From IMG/VR virus record IMGVR_UViG_3300048074_000065: 64,000 bases of DNA. One strand, given 5' to 3'. Below, piece after piece: positions 7,424-15,415 of this stretch. The notes beneath the pieces were generated by a model, which had not been told where the DNA came from, searched no databases, and worked only from the letters and a program-made list of their open reading frames with translations. Made by a program: the position numbers and the translations under genes. Source of the stretch: a virus. Each line of letters opens with the position of its first letter. Position 1 is the first letter of the stretch.

Positions 7424-7918
7424 GTGACCAAGCGTACCAGAAATCCTCGCAACGAACAAGACCCAACGTCGATTGAAAAACCTGCCTGGATGAAAGCGGA
7501 CCCTGCCCGTTTGAAGCGCTCCATCGTCCGTGTGCGAACGAGCAGCGCAGGCTGGATGGACAAGGCCGATCAGCGCCACAGGGAAACGAAAAAGAAGTTC
7601 CTCAAGAAGTGGCTGATAGAAAATCCAGGCAAGAAGAAAGCGTATGGCCACAATCGCCGTGCCCGCGAGATGTCTGCCCCCGGTTCCTTCACCGCTGCCG
7701 ACCTCGCGGTCCAGCGCCGTGCCCAAACCGACCGCCGGGGCGTGCTCCGCTGCTGGTGGTGTTCCGAGCCGCTGGGTGACGACCAGACGGTGGACCACCG
7801 CATCCCGCTGGCGAAGGGCGGGTCGAACAATCCCGACAACCTCGTGCTGGCGCATCTGCATTGCAATTGCAGCAAGGGCGCGAAGCTACCCTGGGAGTTC
7901 AATGGGCGGCTGATCTAG
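7424..7918 (+). CDS. HNH endonuclease (packaging-associated type)
   Basis: GTG start after a GGGAGG RBS. HNH core: CWWCSEPLGDDQTVDHRIPLAKGGSNNPDNLVLAHLHCNCSKG. Confidence 0.85.
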   Translation: MTKRTRNPRNEQDPTSIEKPAWMKADPARLKRSIVRVRTSSAGWMDKADQRHRETKKKFLKKWLIENPGKKKAYGHNRRAREMSAPGSFTAADLAVQRRAQTDRRGVLRCWWCSEPLGDDQTVDHRIPLAKGGSNNPDNLVLAHLHCNCSKGAKLPWEFNGRLI

Positions 7919-8085
7919 CGCTTCCCTCAACCATTGGGGAGGGAGATTCACCTGTTCATCCCAGCGATGAGCGTCTCAATGGTCCCAAAATCTCACGGGA
8001 AGTGATAATTGTGGACAGGAACACCCTGGATGTCAATCTTAATTAAGCAATCGCCCCGAATCCGCCGCCATCTCGCAACTGGCCC

Positions 8086-8114
8086 TTGCCTTCCTTCGCC
8101 ATATCGTATATACT
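8086..8114 (+). promoter_or_regulatory. sigma70-type promoter, TTGCCT-17-TATACT
   Basis: It carries the same ATCGTATATACT block as the promoters at 1991 and 6231. It lies 110 nt upstream of the 8224 gene. Confidence 0.6.
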
Positions 8115-8223
8115 ACTCCTAGAGGTCGCGCTCAAACTGCTGGAGGTGTCCGTCCCCCCCCCATCCCGCCGAAAGCCGCGCGGCCTCGGTCCCCGTGAGT
8201 CGAGTGAGAGGAGAGCGTATCTC

Positions 8224-8436
8224 ATGACTAATCCCTATTGGTATCTGCCGCGTTCTGAGGTCACCTGCGCCGCCTGCGGTCAGCGCCTCTGGCTGCCCAC
8301 CCTGACGGTCGCGGTGCTGCTGACCCCCGACTCTATTGTGTCGGACGACTACCCCGTGCGTCCACCGACCGTCTACCATTTCTGTTCAGAGACGTGTTGT
8401 CAGCAGTGGCAAGAGGAGCATGAGTCCCATGAATGA
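8224..8436 (+). CDS. small zinc-ribbon protein (70 aa), TRASH/MYM-like FCSxxC motif
   Basis: GAGAGGAGAG RBS. Motifs CAAC ... HFCSETCCQQW. Confidence 0.6.
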   Translation: MTNPYWYLPRSEVTCAACGQRLWLPTLTVAVLLTPDSIVSDDYPVRPPTVYHFCSETCCQQWQEEHESHE

Positions 8437-8659
8437 CGAACTGAAGCAGTTTATCACCCTCGTGGAATGCCAGCAGTGTGGCAAACCCCTGCCGTGGATT
8501 GAACCCGCCTATATGCAGACCCGCGTTCAGGTCTACTGCCCCGACTGTGGTCACTATTTCGAGATGAACGCGACACCCATCAACCACTACTTCTGTTCCT
8601 CCACCTGCCACCAGACGTGGCTGGACGCGCAGACGGCGACGACCGAGGGGGCGGAATGA
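8429..8659 (+). CDS. small zinc-ribbon protein (76 aa), paralog of the preceding gene
   Basis: AAGAGGAG lies 10 nt upstream. Motifs CQQC, CPDC and YFCSSTCHQTW. Confidence 0.6.
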   Translation: MNDELKQFITLVECQQCGKPLPWIEPAYMQTRVQVYCPDCGHYFEMNATPINHYFCSSTCHQTWLDAQTATTEGAE

Positions 8660-8949
8660 CCCGCGTCTTCGAGTTGCTGCCCCCCGACCCCGGCTCGACC
8701 GTGGACCTGACCAATTGGCGTCTCCTCGAATTTGAGGTCGATGCCGAGCAGCGGGCGACGTTGGTGAACCGTCAGGTGATTGATCGTCGCTACCGCGCGG
8801 CGCTGGTGCGCGCCGTTGCCCCCTTGAGCACGCGCGAGGACGCCCGACGCTGGCTCTTGGAGGCATGGGACCGCGTGGTGCATTCCGATGATGTGGACGC
8901 CCTCAAAGCGCTGGCCTGGCTGCTGAAGCATGTGGAGGAGATGGAATGA
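8656..8949 (+). CDS. hypothetical protein (97 aa)
   Basis: ATGA overlaps at both ends. Confidence 0.55.
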   Translation: MTRVFELLPPDPGSTVDLTNWRLLEFEVDAEQRATLVNRQVIDRRYRAALVRAVAPLSTREDARRWLLEAWDRVVHSDDVDALKALAWLLKHVEEME

Positions 8950-9638
8950 TCACCCCCACCCCTTTTCAGCAGACCGTGCTCGACTCGCCCGCCCGCCTGA
9001 AACTGGTGCGCGGCGCTCCCCGGATTGGGAAGACGATGCTGGCGGCGCTCGTGGCGTTTGACCAGGCCATGCTGGGCCACGAGGTTTTGTACCTCTCCCC
9101 CTTCCGCCCGGCGATGGAGCATTTCGCCCGCTACGCGCTGACGATGGCGGAGATCGAGGGCTGGCGGCTCCAGGTGGCGAATAACCGGATCACCATCGGG
9201 GAGTTTATCGTGGCAGACTTCCTGTCTGAACCTCGCCGCCAACGCGGGTATCGACCGGACCTGCTCATTCTGGATCAGGTCGATCAGACGCCCATCCATG
9301 CCTGGGAAGGCTACATGGCCGAACGGCAGGCGTTGGCGAAGTCCACGCTGCTGATCTACGATCCGCGTCCTGAACCCCAGCCCGTGGACGCGCCGCTCGA
9401 TGGCTGCGAATGGGTCTATCTGCGGTCGCTATTGGGGAAAGATTACACGGATTGGGCGATCTTCGATGCGTCTCCCCTGCTGCCGGGTGGCTATATCAAT
9501 CCCTGCGCGCCCGAACGGTCGAACTTTCTGATTCCTTCCGCGTTACGTCGCCCCTTCAGTTATCGTGAACAGGTCTTGGGAGAGTTCCCCGCTCGTTGGA
9601 TGCAGGACTATTATAAAGAGGACGATCATGCTGACTAA
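8946..9638 (+). CDS. P-loop ATPase resembling the N-terminal ATPase domain of a large terminase (TerL paralog, no recognisable nuclease domain)
   Basis: Walker A GAPRIGKT and Walker B DLLILDQ. The order PFQQTVL...VLYLSP...LLILD parallels TerL at 11404 (GRRGGKT, VLYISP, LLIFDE). Confidence 0.55.
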   Translation: MITPTPFQQTVLDSPARLKLVRGAPRIGKTMLAALVAFDQAMLGHEVLYLSPFRPAMEHFARYALTMAEIEGWRLQVANNRITIGEFIVADFLSEPRRQRGYRPDLLILDQVDQTPIHAWEGYMAERQALAKSTLLIYDPRPEPQPVDAPLDGCEWVYLRSLLGKDYTDWAIFDASPLLPGGYINPCAPERSNFLIPSALRRPFSYREQVLGEFPARWMQDYYKEDDHAD

Positions 9639-9894
9639 CGTCTACGCCCACCTCTCCTTCGCCTGGTCGTCCTGGACCTACCGCCGCGAGGTCGCCTACT
9701 GGCGGCGCGTCGAGTTGCGCGCGGTCGCCCTCAACCCGACGGTCAAACTCTCTTACGTGGCTCGTGCCTGCGATGGTACGCCCCAGGCGGTTTTCTGGAC
9801 GGGACAAGGGTATCTGACCGTTCAACGGCAACTCCTGGATTTCAGCCAGCAGTTCAAGCAGCATGTGGCGTTAGTCGTCGTGGGGAGGCGGTGA
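9628..9894 (+). CDS. hypothetical protein (88 aa)
   Basis: AAAGAGGA RBS with ATG at 9628. Confidence 0.45.
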   Translation: MLTNVYAHLSFAWSSWTYRREVAYWRRVELRAVALNPTVKLSYVARACDGTPQAVFWTGQGYLTVQRQLLDFSQQFKQHVALVVVGRR

Positions 9895-9898
9895 AAGG

Positions 9899-10552
9899 AT
9901 GACTGCCTATCTCTGCGATGTTCGCCAGTCCGTCATGGAGTTTATGCCCACCGAACCCGTTGACCTTATCTTTACCGATCCACCCTATGCGCGCAAGCAC
10001 CTCGAGCTGTATGGTTGGGTCGCCGAGTTTGGCAAGCGCGTGTTGCGACCTGGGGGCTTTGTCCTGGCCATGGGCGGCGGGTTGTTCACCGATGAAATTC
10101 TGCGGCTGATGGGTCAACATCTTCAGCATTACTTTACGTTCCATGTGGCCCTGACGGATAGCACCTCAACCAAGGTGTTTCCGCACGGTCGTCCCATGCC
10201 CATTATTTCGCGGTTGAAACCCATTTACGCCTTTACCAACGGGGAGGGCTATCCACGCACGGTCGTCTATGACCCGTTTGCCGGGGATGGCAACGATAAG
10301 CGCTTTCACCATTGGGGTCAGGACCTCAAAAGCGCGCGATACTACATCGACTGTTTTTCCAGTCCGGGTGATCTGGTCTGCGATCCGTTCATCGGCGGGG
10401 GAACCACGGCCGTAGTCTGCGAAGCATTGGGTCGGGAATGGATCGGCTTCGACCAAGACCCCCAGGCGGTGGAAACCACCAACGCACGGGCACGGAATCC
10501 ACTCTATGCCGCCTCTATTGATGGACAGTTGGCGCTGGAGTTTTCACGATGA
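9899..10552 (+). CDS. DNA methyltransferase, beta-class N6A/N4C (motif IV before motif I)
   Basis: Motif IV IFTDPPY. Motif I DLVCDPFIGGGTTAVV. Confidence 0.8.
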   Translation: MTAYLCDVRQSVMEFMPTEPVDLIFTDPPYARKHLELYGWVAEFGKRVLRPGGFVLAMGGGLFTDEILRLMGQHLQHYFTFHVALTDSTSTKVFPHGRPMPIISRLKPIYAFTNGEGYPRTVVYDPFAGDGNDKRFHHWGQDLKSARYYIDCFSSPGDLVCDPFIGGGTTAVVCEALGREWIGFDQDPQAVETTNARARNPLYAASIDGQLALEFSR

Positions 10553-11346
10553 ATCTGGATACCGTGACCTGTTGCGACTGGCGCGACTTGTTGGCGACGT
10601 TGGAGCCGGGCAGCGTGGACTTGCTGCTGACGGATATGCCCTACGGAAAAACTCAGGTTGAATGGGATAATCCGCCGGACCTGGCGGTGTGGTGGCAGTT
10701 GGTCCACCCCCTTATGCGTTCGGGCGGAGCCGTGGTCTGCACCGCTACTCAGCCCTTTACTAGCCAACTCGTGGTCAGTGGCCTGGATTGGTTTCGGTAC
10801 GAATGGATATGGCGCAAATCCAACTCGGTCGGGCATCTCAATGCCCATATCATGCCCCTGCAGCAGCATGAGAGCATCCTCGTGTTTGGAGAAAAGACAC
10901 CCGATTATTATCCACAATTGCGGGATCGAGTTCCGCATGGACGGACTAAAAATGGAACGCAGGGGGCGGCTTATGGGACCTTTCATCAGGAAGGAGTTCG
11001 CACGATAGAGTACGAGCAGGGTTACCCCTCCAGTGTGGTCGATTTCAATACATGCTATCATGACCGTGAGGCCGGGTTACACCCTACCCAGAAGCCCTTG
11101 GCGTTGTTTGAATACCTGATTCGCACCTATACCCTTCCCGATGATCTGGTAGTCGATCCCTTTTGTGGATCGGGAACTACCGCGCTGGCTGCCCGGAATC
11201 TGGGGCGGTTCTGGATTTGCGGTGACTTAGACCGGCATTATGTAGATGTCAGCCTGGATCGATTACGAATGCCCTTTGAAGCCTGCCGCGTTCCACCCGC
11301 AAGCGCTCCTCTTGAGGACCTACCCATGTTCGCGCGACCCTCATAA
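10549..11346 (+). CDS. DNA methyltransferase, beta-class, with an atypical DMPY catalytic motif
   Basis: LLLTDMPYG, HPTQKPLALFEYLI and DLVVDPFCGSGTTALAA. ATGA overlap with the preceding methyltransferase. Confidence 0.75.
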   Translation: MNLDTVTCCDWRDLLATLEPGSVDLLLTDMPYGKTQVEWDNPPDLAVWWQLVHPLMRSGGAVVCTATQPFTSQLVVSGLDWFRYEWIWRKSNSVGHLNAHIMPLQQHESILVFGEKTPDYYPQLRDRVPHGRTKNGTQGAAYGTFHQEGVRTIEYEQGYPSSVVDFNTCYHDREAGLHPTQKPLALFEYLIRTYTLPDDLVVDPFCGSGTTALAARNLGRFWICGDLDRHYVDVSLDRLRMPFEACRVPPASAPLEDLPMFARPS

Positions 11347-11348
11347 CA

Positions 11349-11377
11349 TTGACGCCGCCTCAACGCTGTGTTAAGAT
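11349..11377 (+). promoter_or_regulatory. sigma70-type promoter, TTGACG-17-TAAGAT, directly upstream of terL
   Basis: Exact 17-nt spacer. The -10 element abuts the 11378 hairpin. Confidence 0.55.
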
Positions 11378-11403
11378 GTCCTCAATACCCTTGAGGACTT
11401 TTT
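11378..11403 (+). terminator. intrinsic terminator hairpin that also contains the terL RBS
   Basis: GTCCTCAA-TACCC-TTGAGGAC followed by TTTTT, then ATG. The GAGGA of the right arm is the only SD-like sequence for terL. Confidence 0.6.
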
Positions 11404-12837
11404 ATGCCCCGTCGCCCCATACCTAAATCCCCTTCCACTGCGCCTTCTGACCGCACGGCTCGTGTGGTCACCTTGGATATGTATCTTCCAGGTGTCATCC
11501 ACCATCCCAAGCAGTTGGCGTTTCTTATCTCGCGTGCTCGTTATAAGGTGCTGCGCGCTGGTCGTCGTGGGGGCAAAACGGTCGCGTCAGCGACGGAAGC
11601 GGTGTTGGAGTTCCTGGGCCTGCAACTGGACGCCGATGGGTCCTATCGAGTAGTCAAAGATGGCGGACGAGTGCTGTACATTTCCCCCACCGCCAAACAG
11701 GTGCGCCGCTTCTGGTATGAGGTCAAAGCCGCGCTCAAGCCCATGCTTGAGGCCAATATCTATTACCTCAACGAGACGCAACATCTCATCGAAGTGCCCG
11801 GCACGCGCTTCTGTATCCAGGCCATGACGGGCTGGAACCCCAGCAGTTTGCGTGGGGATAATGCCGACCTCCTGATCTTCGACGAGTACCAACTCATGGA
11901 CGAGACGGTCTGGGAGAAGGTCGGCGCTCCGATGCTGATGGACACGCGCGGGCGCGCCATCTTCATCTACACTCCGCCCAGCCTGCATTCCGAAGAACGC
12001 TCTAACGCCAACGATCCTCGTCACGCCGCCAAGCTGTACAAAAAGGCGGCGGAAGATACGACCGGGGAATGGGCGACCTTCCACTTCTCGTCGCAAGAAA
12101 ACCCATATCTACCGCCGGGCGCAGTCGATGACATGTCGAAGGTCATGACCCGCCTGGCCTACGAGCAGGAAATCCTGGCGCTGGACCGCGATGAAGCCCC
12201 AGGCGCGTTCTGGAACCACGCCCTGATTGACGCGGGGCGGGTCGATCATATGCCTGAACTGTCCCGGCTGGTGATTGGTGTCGATCCGCCGGGCGGCATC
12301 GCGGAATGCGGGATTGTGGTGGTGGGCAAGGGCATCGATGGCCATTATTACATCGTGGGTGACTTTAGCCTGCAAGGATCGCCGGGCGAATGGGCGGGGG
12401 CGGTCATTCACGCCTATCGGGAGTTTGCCGCCGACCGGGTGGTCGCCGAAAAGAACTTCGGGGGCGAGATGGTCGAGCACACCATTCGCACGGCCAAGGG
12501 CGGTCGCGACATCCCGGTGCAGGTGGTGACCGCCTACCGGGGCAAGGCGCTGCGGGCCGAACCGGTGGCGTCGTTGTACGAACGCGGGCTGGTGCATCAC
12601 GTGGGGTCCTATCCGTACCTGGAAGACCAGATGTGCACCTGGGAAGCCGATGCGAAGAACCAGAAATCTCCCGACCGGTTGGACGCCATGGTGCATGGTG
12701 TGTCCTACCTGCTCAACACCAGCAGTAAGTCCCTGCGCCGCGTTAAAGTCCAGGGATTGTATGCCTCCCAACAATTGAGGTATACTAAAGGTCAGCGATC
12801 ACCTAGAGTCCGGGGTCATGAAACCCCCCAGGAGTAA
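11404..12837 (+). CDS. terL: terminase large subunit
   Basis: 477 aa. Walker A GRRGGKT and Walker B LLIFDEYQ. C-terminal nuclease-like region (VIGVDPPGG...). The portal gene lies downstream. Confidence 0.85.
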   Translation: MPRRPIPKSPSTAPSDRTARVVTLDMYLPGVIHHPKQLAFLISRARYKVLRAGRRGGKTVASATEAVLEFLGLQLDADGSYRVVKDGGRVLYISPTAKQVRRFWYEVKAALKPMLEANIYYLNETQHLIEVPGTRFCIQAMTGWNPSSLRGDNADLLIFDEYQLMDETVWEKVGAPMLMDTRGRAIFIYTPPSLHSEERSNANDPRHAAKLYKKAAEDTTGEWATFHFSSQENPYLPPGAVDDMSKVMTRLAYEQEILALDRDEAPGAFWNHALIDAGRVDHMPELSRLVIGVDPPGGIAECGIVVVGKGIDGHYYIVGDFSLQGSPGEWAGAVIHAYREFAADRVVAEKNFGGEMVEHTIRTAKGGRDIPVQVVTAYRGKALRAEPVASLYERGLVHHVGSYPYLEDQMCTWEADAKNQKSPDRLDAMVHGVSYLLNTSSKSLRRVKVQGLYASQQLRYTKGQRSPRVRGHETPQE

Positions 12838-12839
12838 CG

Positions 12840-13382
12840 ATGGACCCCTTGATGTGGAAGTTCCGCCATTATTACAACAGTTCACCCAAGTATCCCGTGC
12901 AGCGCGTCACCAGTCTCACAACCTTCGCCGTGACCTCGACCGCCCCGGTCAACAGCACCGGCATTTACGCCGCCAACGACTGTCTGCTGGGCCTGCTGGC
13001 GCTCAACGTGCGCTCGGCCAAGGGCATGGGCTTTATCAGCGGGGTCAAGATCACCGACGCCCGCAACCTCAAGATTGCCATCGACTTTTGGGTCTTCGAC
13101 CGCCCCCCGACCACGCTGGGCGTGGATAACGCCGCCTGGACGCCCGTCATTGCTGACCTGGACGCCCTGGCCCTGCCCGACAAGATTGCCGTGGCCGCCG
13201 CCGACTACCGCACGCCGACCGGCACGACCATCGCCCTGGCAGGCTTGAGTCTGTCCGGCTCAACGTTGATTAACTTCGAAGCGATGGAGTGGCTGTTCAT
13301 CCAGCCCGTCATCAACGCCGGGACCCCCACCTATACGGCGACGACCGACCTGAAGTTCGAGTTCGGACTGTACGTGGCCTAA
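12840..13382 (+). CDS. hypothetical protein (180 aa) between TerL and portal
   Basis: ORF track with a CAGGAG RBS. No motif recognised. Confidence 0.6.
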   Translation: MDPLMWKFRHYYNSSPKYPVQRVTSLTTFAVTSTAPVNSTGIYAANDCLLGLLALNVRSAKGMGFISGVKITDARNLKIAIDFWVFDRPPTTLGVDNAAWTPVIADLDALALPDKIAVAAADYRTPTGTTIALAGLSLSGSTLINFEAMEWLFIQPVINAGTPTYTATTDLKFEFGLYVA

Positions 13383-13383
13383 G

Positions 13384-15111
13384 ATGGGCAAACCTGCGGT
13401 CTATACCCCGATCACGCGCGACCAGCGCCAGAAGTTGGTGCTGGCCTACATGCGCAAAGGCTACGAAAGCGCCTCCGACATTCGCAAGGAGATGCTGTCG
13501 CAGGGCATCATCAGTGCCGACTCGGAGCGTCCCTACGCCCTGACCACCATTGCGACCGACATGCGCGAGCTGCGCGGCTATGCCGACACGGCCTCCGAGA
13601 TGATTGGTCGCGAGGTGTCGGTCGTCCCCTTGTGGAAACTGCGCGTGGCCAAGTCGGTAGATGCCACCCAGACTGATTACCAGTTCTGGGACCGCCTGCG
13701 CCGGGGTAAGGCCGAAGGCTTTTCGTTCGGCGGACTGTTCCGCAAACGTCTGACCTCCACCCTGGCCAGCTACATCTGGCGCGGTGGGGTAGCGGCCACG
13801 CTCTCGGAAGACGCCAAGGGCGACGCCCGCAACATTCGGTACACCAACAAGGAACTGGAACGCTTCCTCAAGGACTACCGCAAACTGCTGCTGCAAGTGA
13901 CCGACGACTCGATGTCGCTGGGCGACCAGTTCGTGGCGGTCAATCCCGATGCCAGCCTGTCGGTGATTTCTCCCCAACTGGTCGAAAAAGAATGGAACCC
14001 GGTCGATTATCGCGACACCATCAAGGTCACCGTCACCACCCGCATGGAGAAGTACGAGATCAAAGAAGAATATGACGCTTCGTGGCGCACCGTGACGGTG
14101 CGGTCGCTGGCGGGGCGCGGTCCCGACACCTTCTCTGAGTCGTTCGACAACCTGATTGGCCGCATCCCGGTGGTTCACTTCCCCAATGACCGAGGCGGAA
14201 ACGAAATCTACGGGCATCCCATTGACGAAGCCTTGTTCGAGGTCTACAGCCACTACGATACCTTAATGCTCAAGGGCCTGGACGGCGGCGAGCTGATGGG
14301 CAATCCGCTGCCGGTGGTCGAAGGCGCGGAGAATCCCGACCAAATCTTGTCGGCCAATGCGCCGATAGACGGTGATGAGGACTACACTGACGTAGATGGT
14401 AATGAAGCCGAGCGCGCGATCTTCAACTTCGACACCCGCACCCTGATGGTGCTGGGCAAGGGTGCGGGCTTCAAGTTCGCGTCACCGCCAGTGGGTTTCA
14501 CCGCCGACATCATCTCGCTGCTCGGCACGCTGTTCCTGCTGATGCTGGAGCACGTCGGGCTGCCCGAAGCGGTGTGGGGCGCAGCTATCCAGGGCAGTCG
14601 GGCCAGTGCCGATACCCAGATGCCGCCTTTCTGGCAGTTCATCGAAGCCCGCCGCCTCGCTTTTGAAGGCGATGGCAACGGCGAGCATCCCCAGGACGGG
14701 CTGCGCGAGTTGATCGACGTGTGGCTGCGCACCCGCAAACTCACCGATCCGCGCATCGTGGTCGGCCCGGTGGACATCGACTGGCCGTACCTGGACCGCG
14801 TGGACTGGGAAGTGGCGCTGCATTGGACGCAGTTCCTCGCCTCGAACGGCATGATGGACGCCGTATCGGCCCTGCGCCAGAGCGGGTTGGTCAAAAACCC
14901 GACCTTCACCTACGAAAAGGCGCAGCAGGAGTTAAAGGAACGCCAGCGCCAGGAGCAGGCTCAGGCTGAAAAGCAAGCCCAGGTCGATCTGGAGAACCAG
15001 GCCAATCTGGAAAAGGCGCGCCAGGCGGGCAAAAACGTCAACCAGCAGGGCGGCGGGCAGTTCAAACAACTGGCGCTGCCCGAAGTACAGGCGGAGTCCA
15101 CTGCGACATAA
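13384..15111 (+). CDS. portal protein (putative)
   Basis: 575 aa, lying just downstream of TerL. Charged Q/E/K-rich C-terminal tail. Called from size and position only. Confidence 0.6.
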   Translation: MGKPAVYTPITRDQRQKLVLAYMRKGYESASDIRKEMLSQGIISADSERPYALTTIATDMRELRGYADTASEMIGREVSVVPLWKLRVAKSVDATQTDYQFWDRLRRGKAEGFSFGGLFRKRLTSTLASYIWRGGVAATLSEDAKGDARNIRYTNKELERFLKDYRKLLLQVTDDSMSLGDQFVAVNPDASLSVISPQLVEKEWNPVDYRDTIKVTVTTRMEKYEIKEEYDASWRTVTVRSLAGRGPDTFSESFDNLIGRIPVVHFPNDRGGNEIYGHPIDEALFEVYSHYDTLMLKGLDGGELMGNPLPVVEGAENPDQILSANAPIDGDEDYTDVDGNEAERAIFNFDTRTLMVLGKGAGFKFASPPVGFTADIISLLGTLFLLMLEHVGLPEAVWGAAIQGSRASADTQMPPFWQFIEARRLAFEGDGNGEHPQDGLRELIDVWLRTRKLTDPRIVVGPVDIDWPYLDRVDWEVALHWTQFLASNGMMDAVSALRQSGLVKNPTFTYEKAQQELKERQRQEQAQAEKQAQVDLENQANLEKARQAGKNVNQQGGGQFKQLALPEVQAESTAT

Positions 15112-15113
15112 CC

Positions 15114-15142
15114 TTGCATATAATCCCTGTGTATGCTATACT
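15114..15142 (+). promoter_or_regulatory. sigma70-type promoter, TTGCAT-17-TATACT, at the entry of the glycosylation island
   Basis: Exact 17-nt spacer. It begins 3 nt after the portal stop. Confidence 0.6.
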
Positions 15143-15171
15143 GATTCACAACTGGTCAAAAGAGGACCCTC

Positions 15172-15414
15172 ATGAACGACAAAGACACCCAGTCTCTACT
15201 CGCTGTCTTGGACCGCATCGCCCTCGCGTTGGAAAAGATGTCTAACACGCCCGTGTTCGTGAACGTCCCTGGCGAATGGGCACAAGAACAAATCCAACGT
15301 ATGGCGGACTCTTATCCTACGCCCCATTCGACGATTGTTTTTGTCTCTCCGGATCAGGAAAAACTCTCGCAGATCATTCACCAAGAAGTCGCAAACATTC
15401 TCAAGGCGCTGTAA
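15172..15414 (+). CDS. hypothetical protein (80 aa)
   Basis: ORF track with an AAGAGGA RBS. Confidence 0.55.
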   Translation: MNDKDTQSLLAVLDRIALALEKMSNTPVFVNVPGEWAQEQIQRMADSYPTPHSTIVFVSPDQEKLSQIIHQEVANILKAL

Positions 15415-15415
15415 C

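Noticed and set aside
9899-11346. The tandem methyltransferases as part of a restriction-modification system.
   Set aside because: No candidate restriction endonuclease is adjacent. The flanking genes are small unknown ORFs and terL. The orphan anti-restriction interpretation is simpler.
13312-14253. A 313-aa minus-strand ORF. Similar long antisense ORFs occur at 32658-33695, 37018-37911, 40224-41402 and 35312-35938.
   Set aside because: All lie opposite coherent, translationally coupled plus-strand structural genes. They have Arg/Gly-rich compositions and no recognisable motifs.
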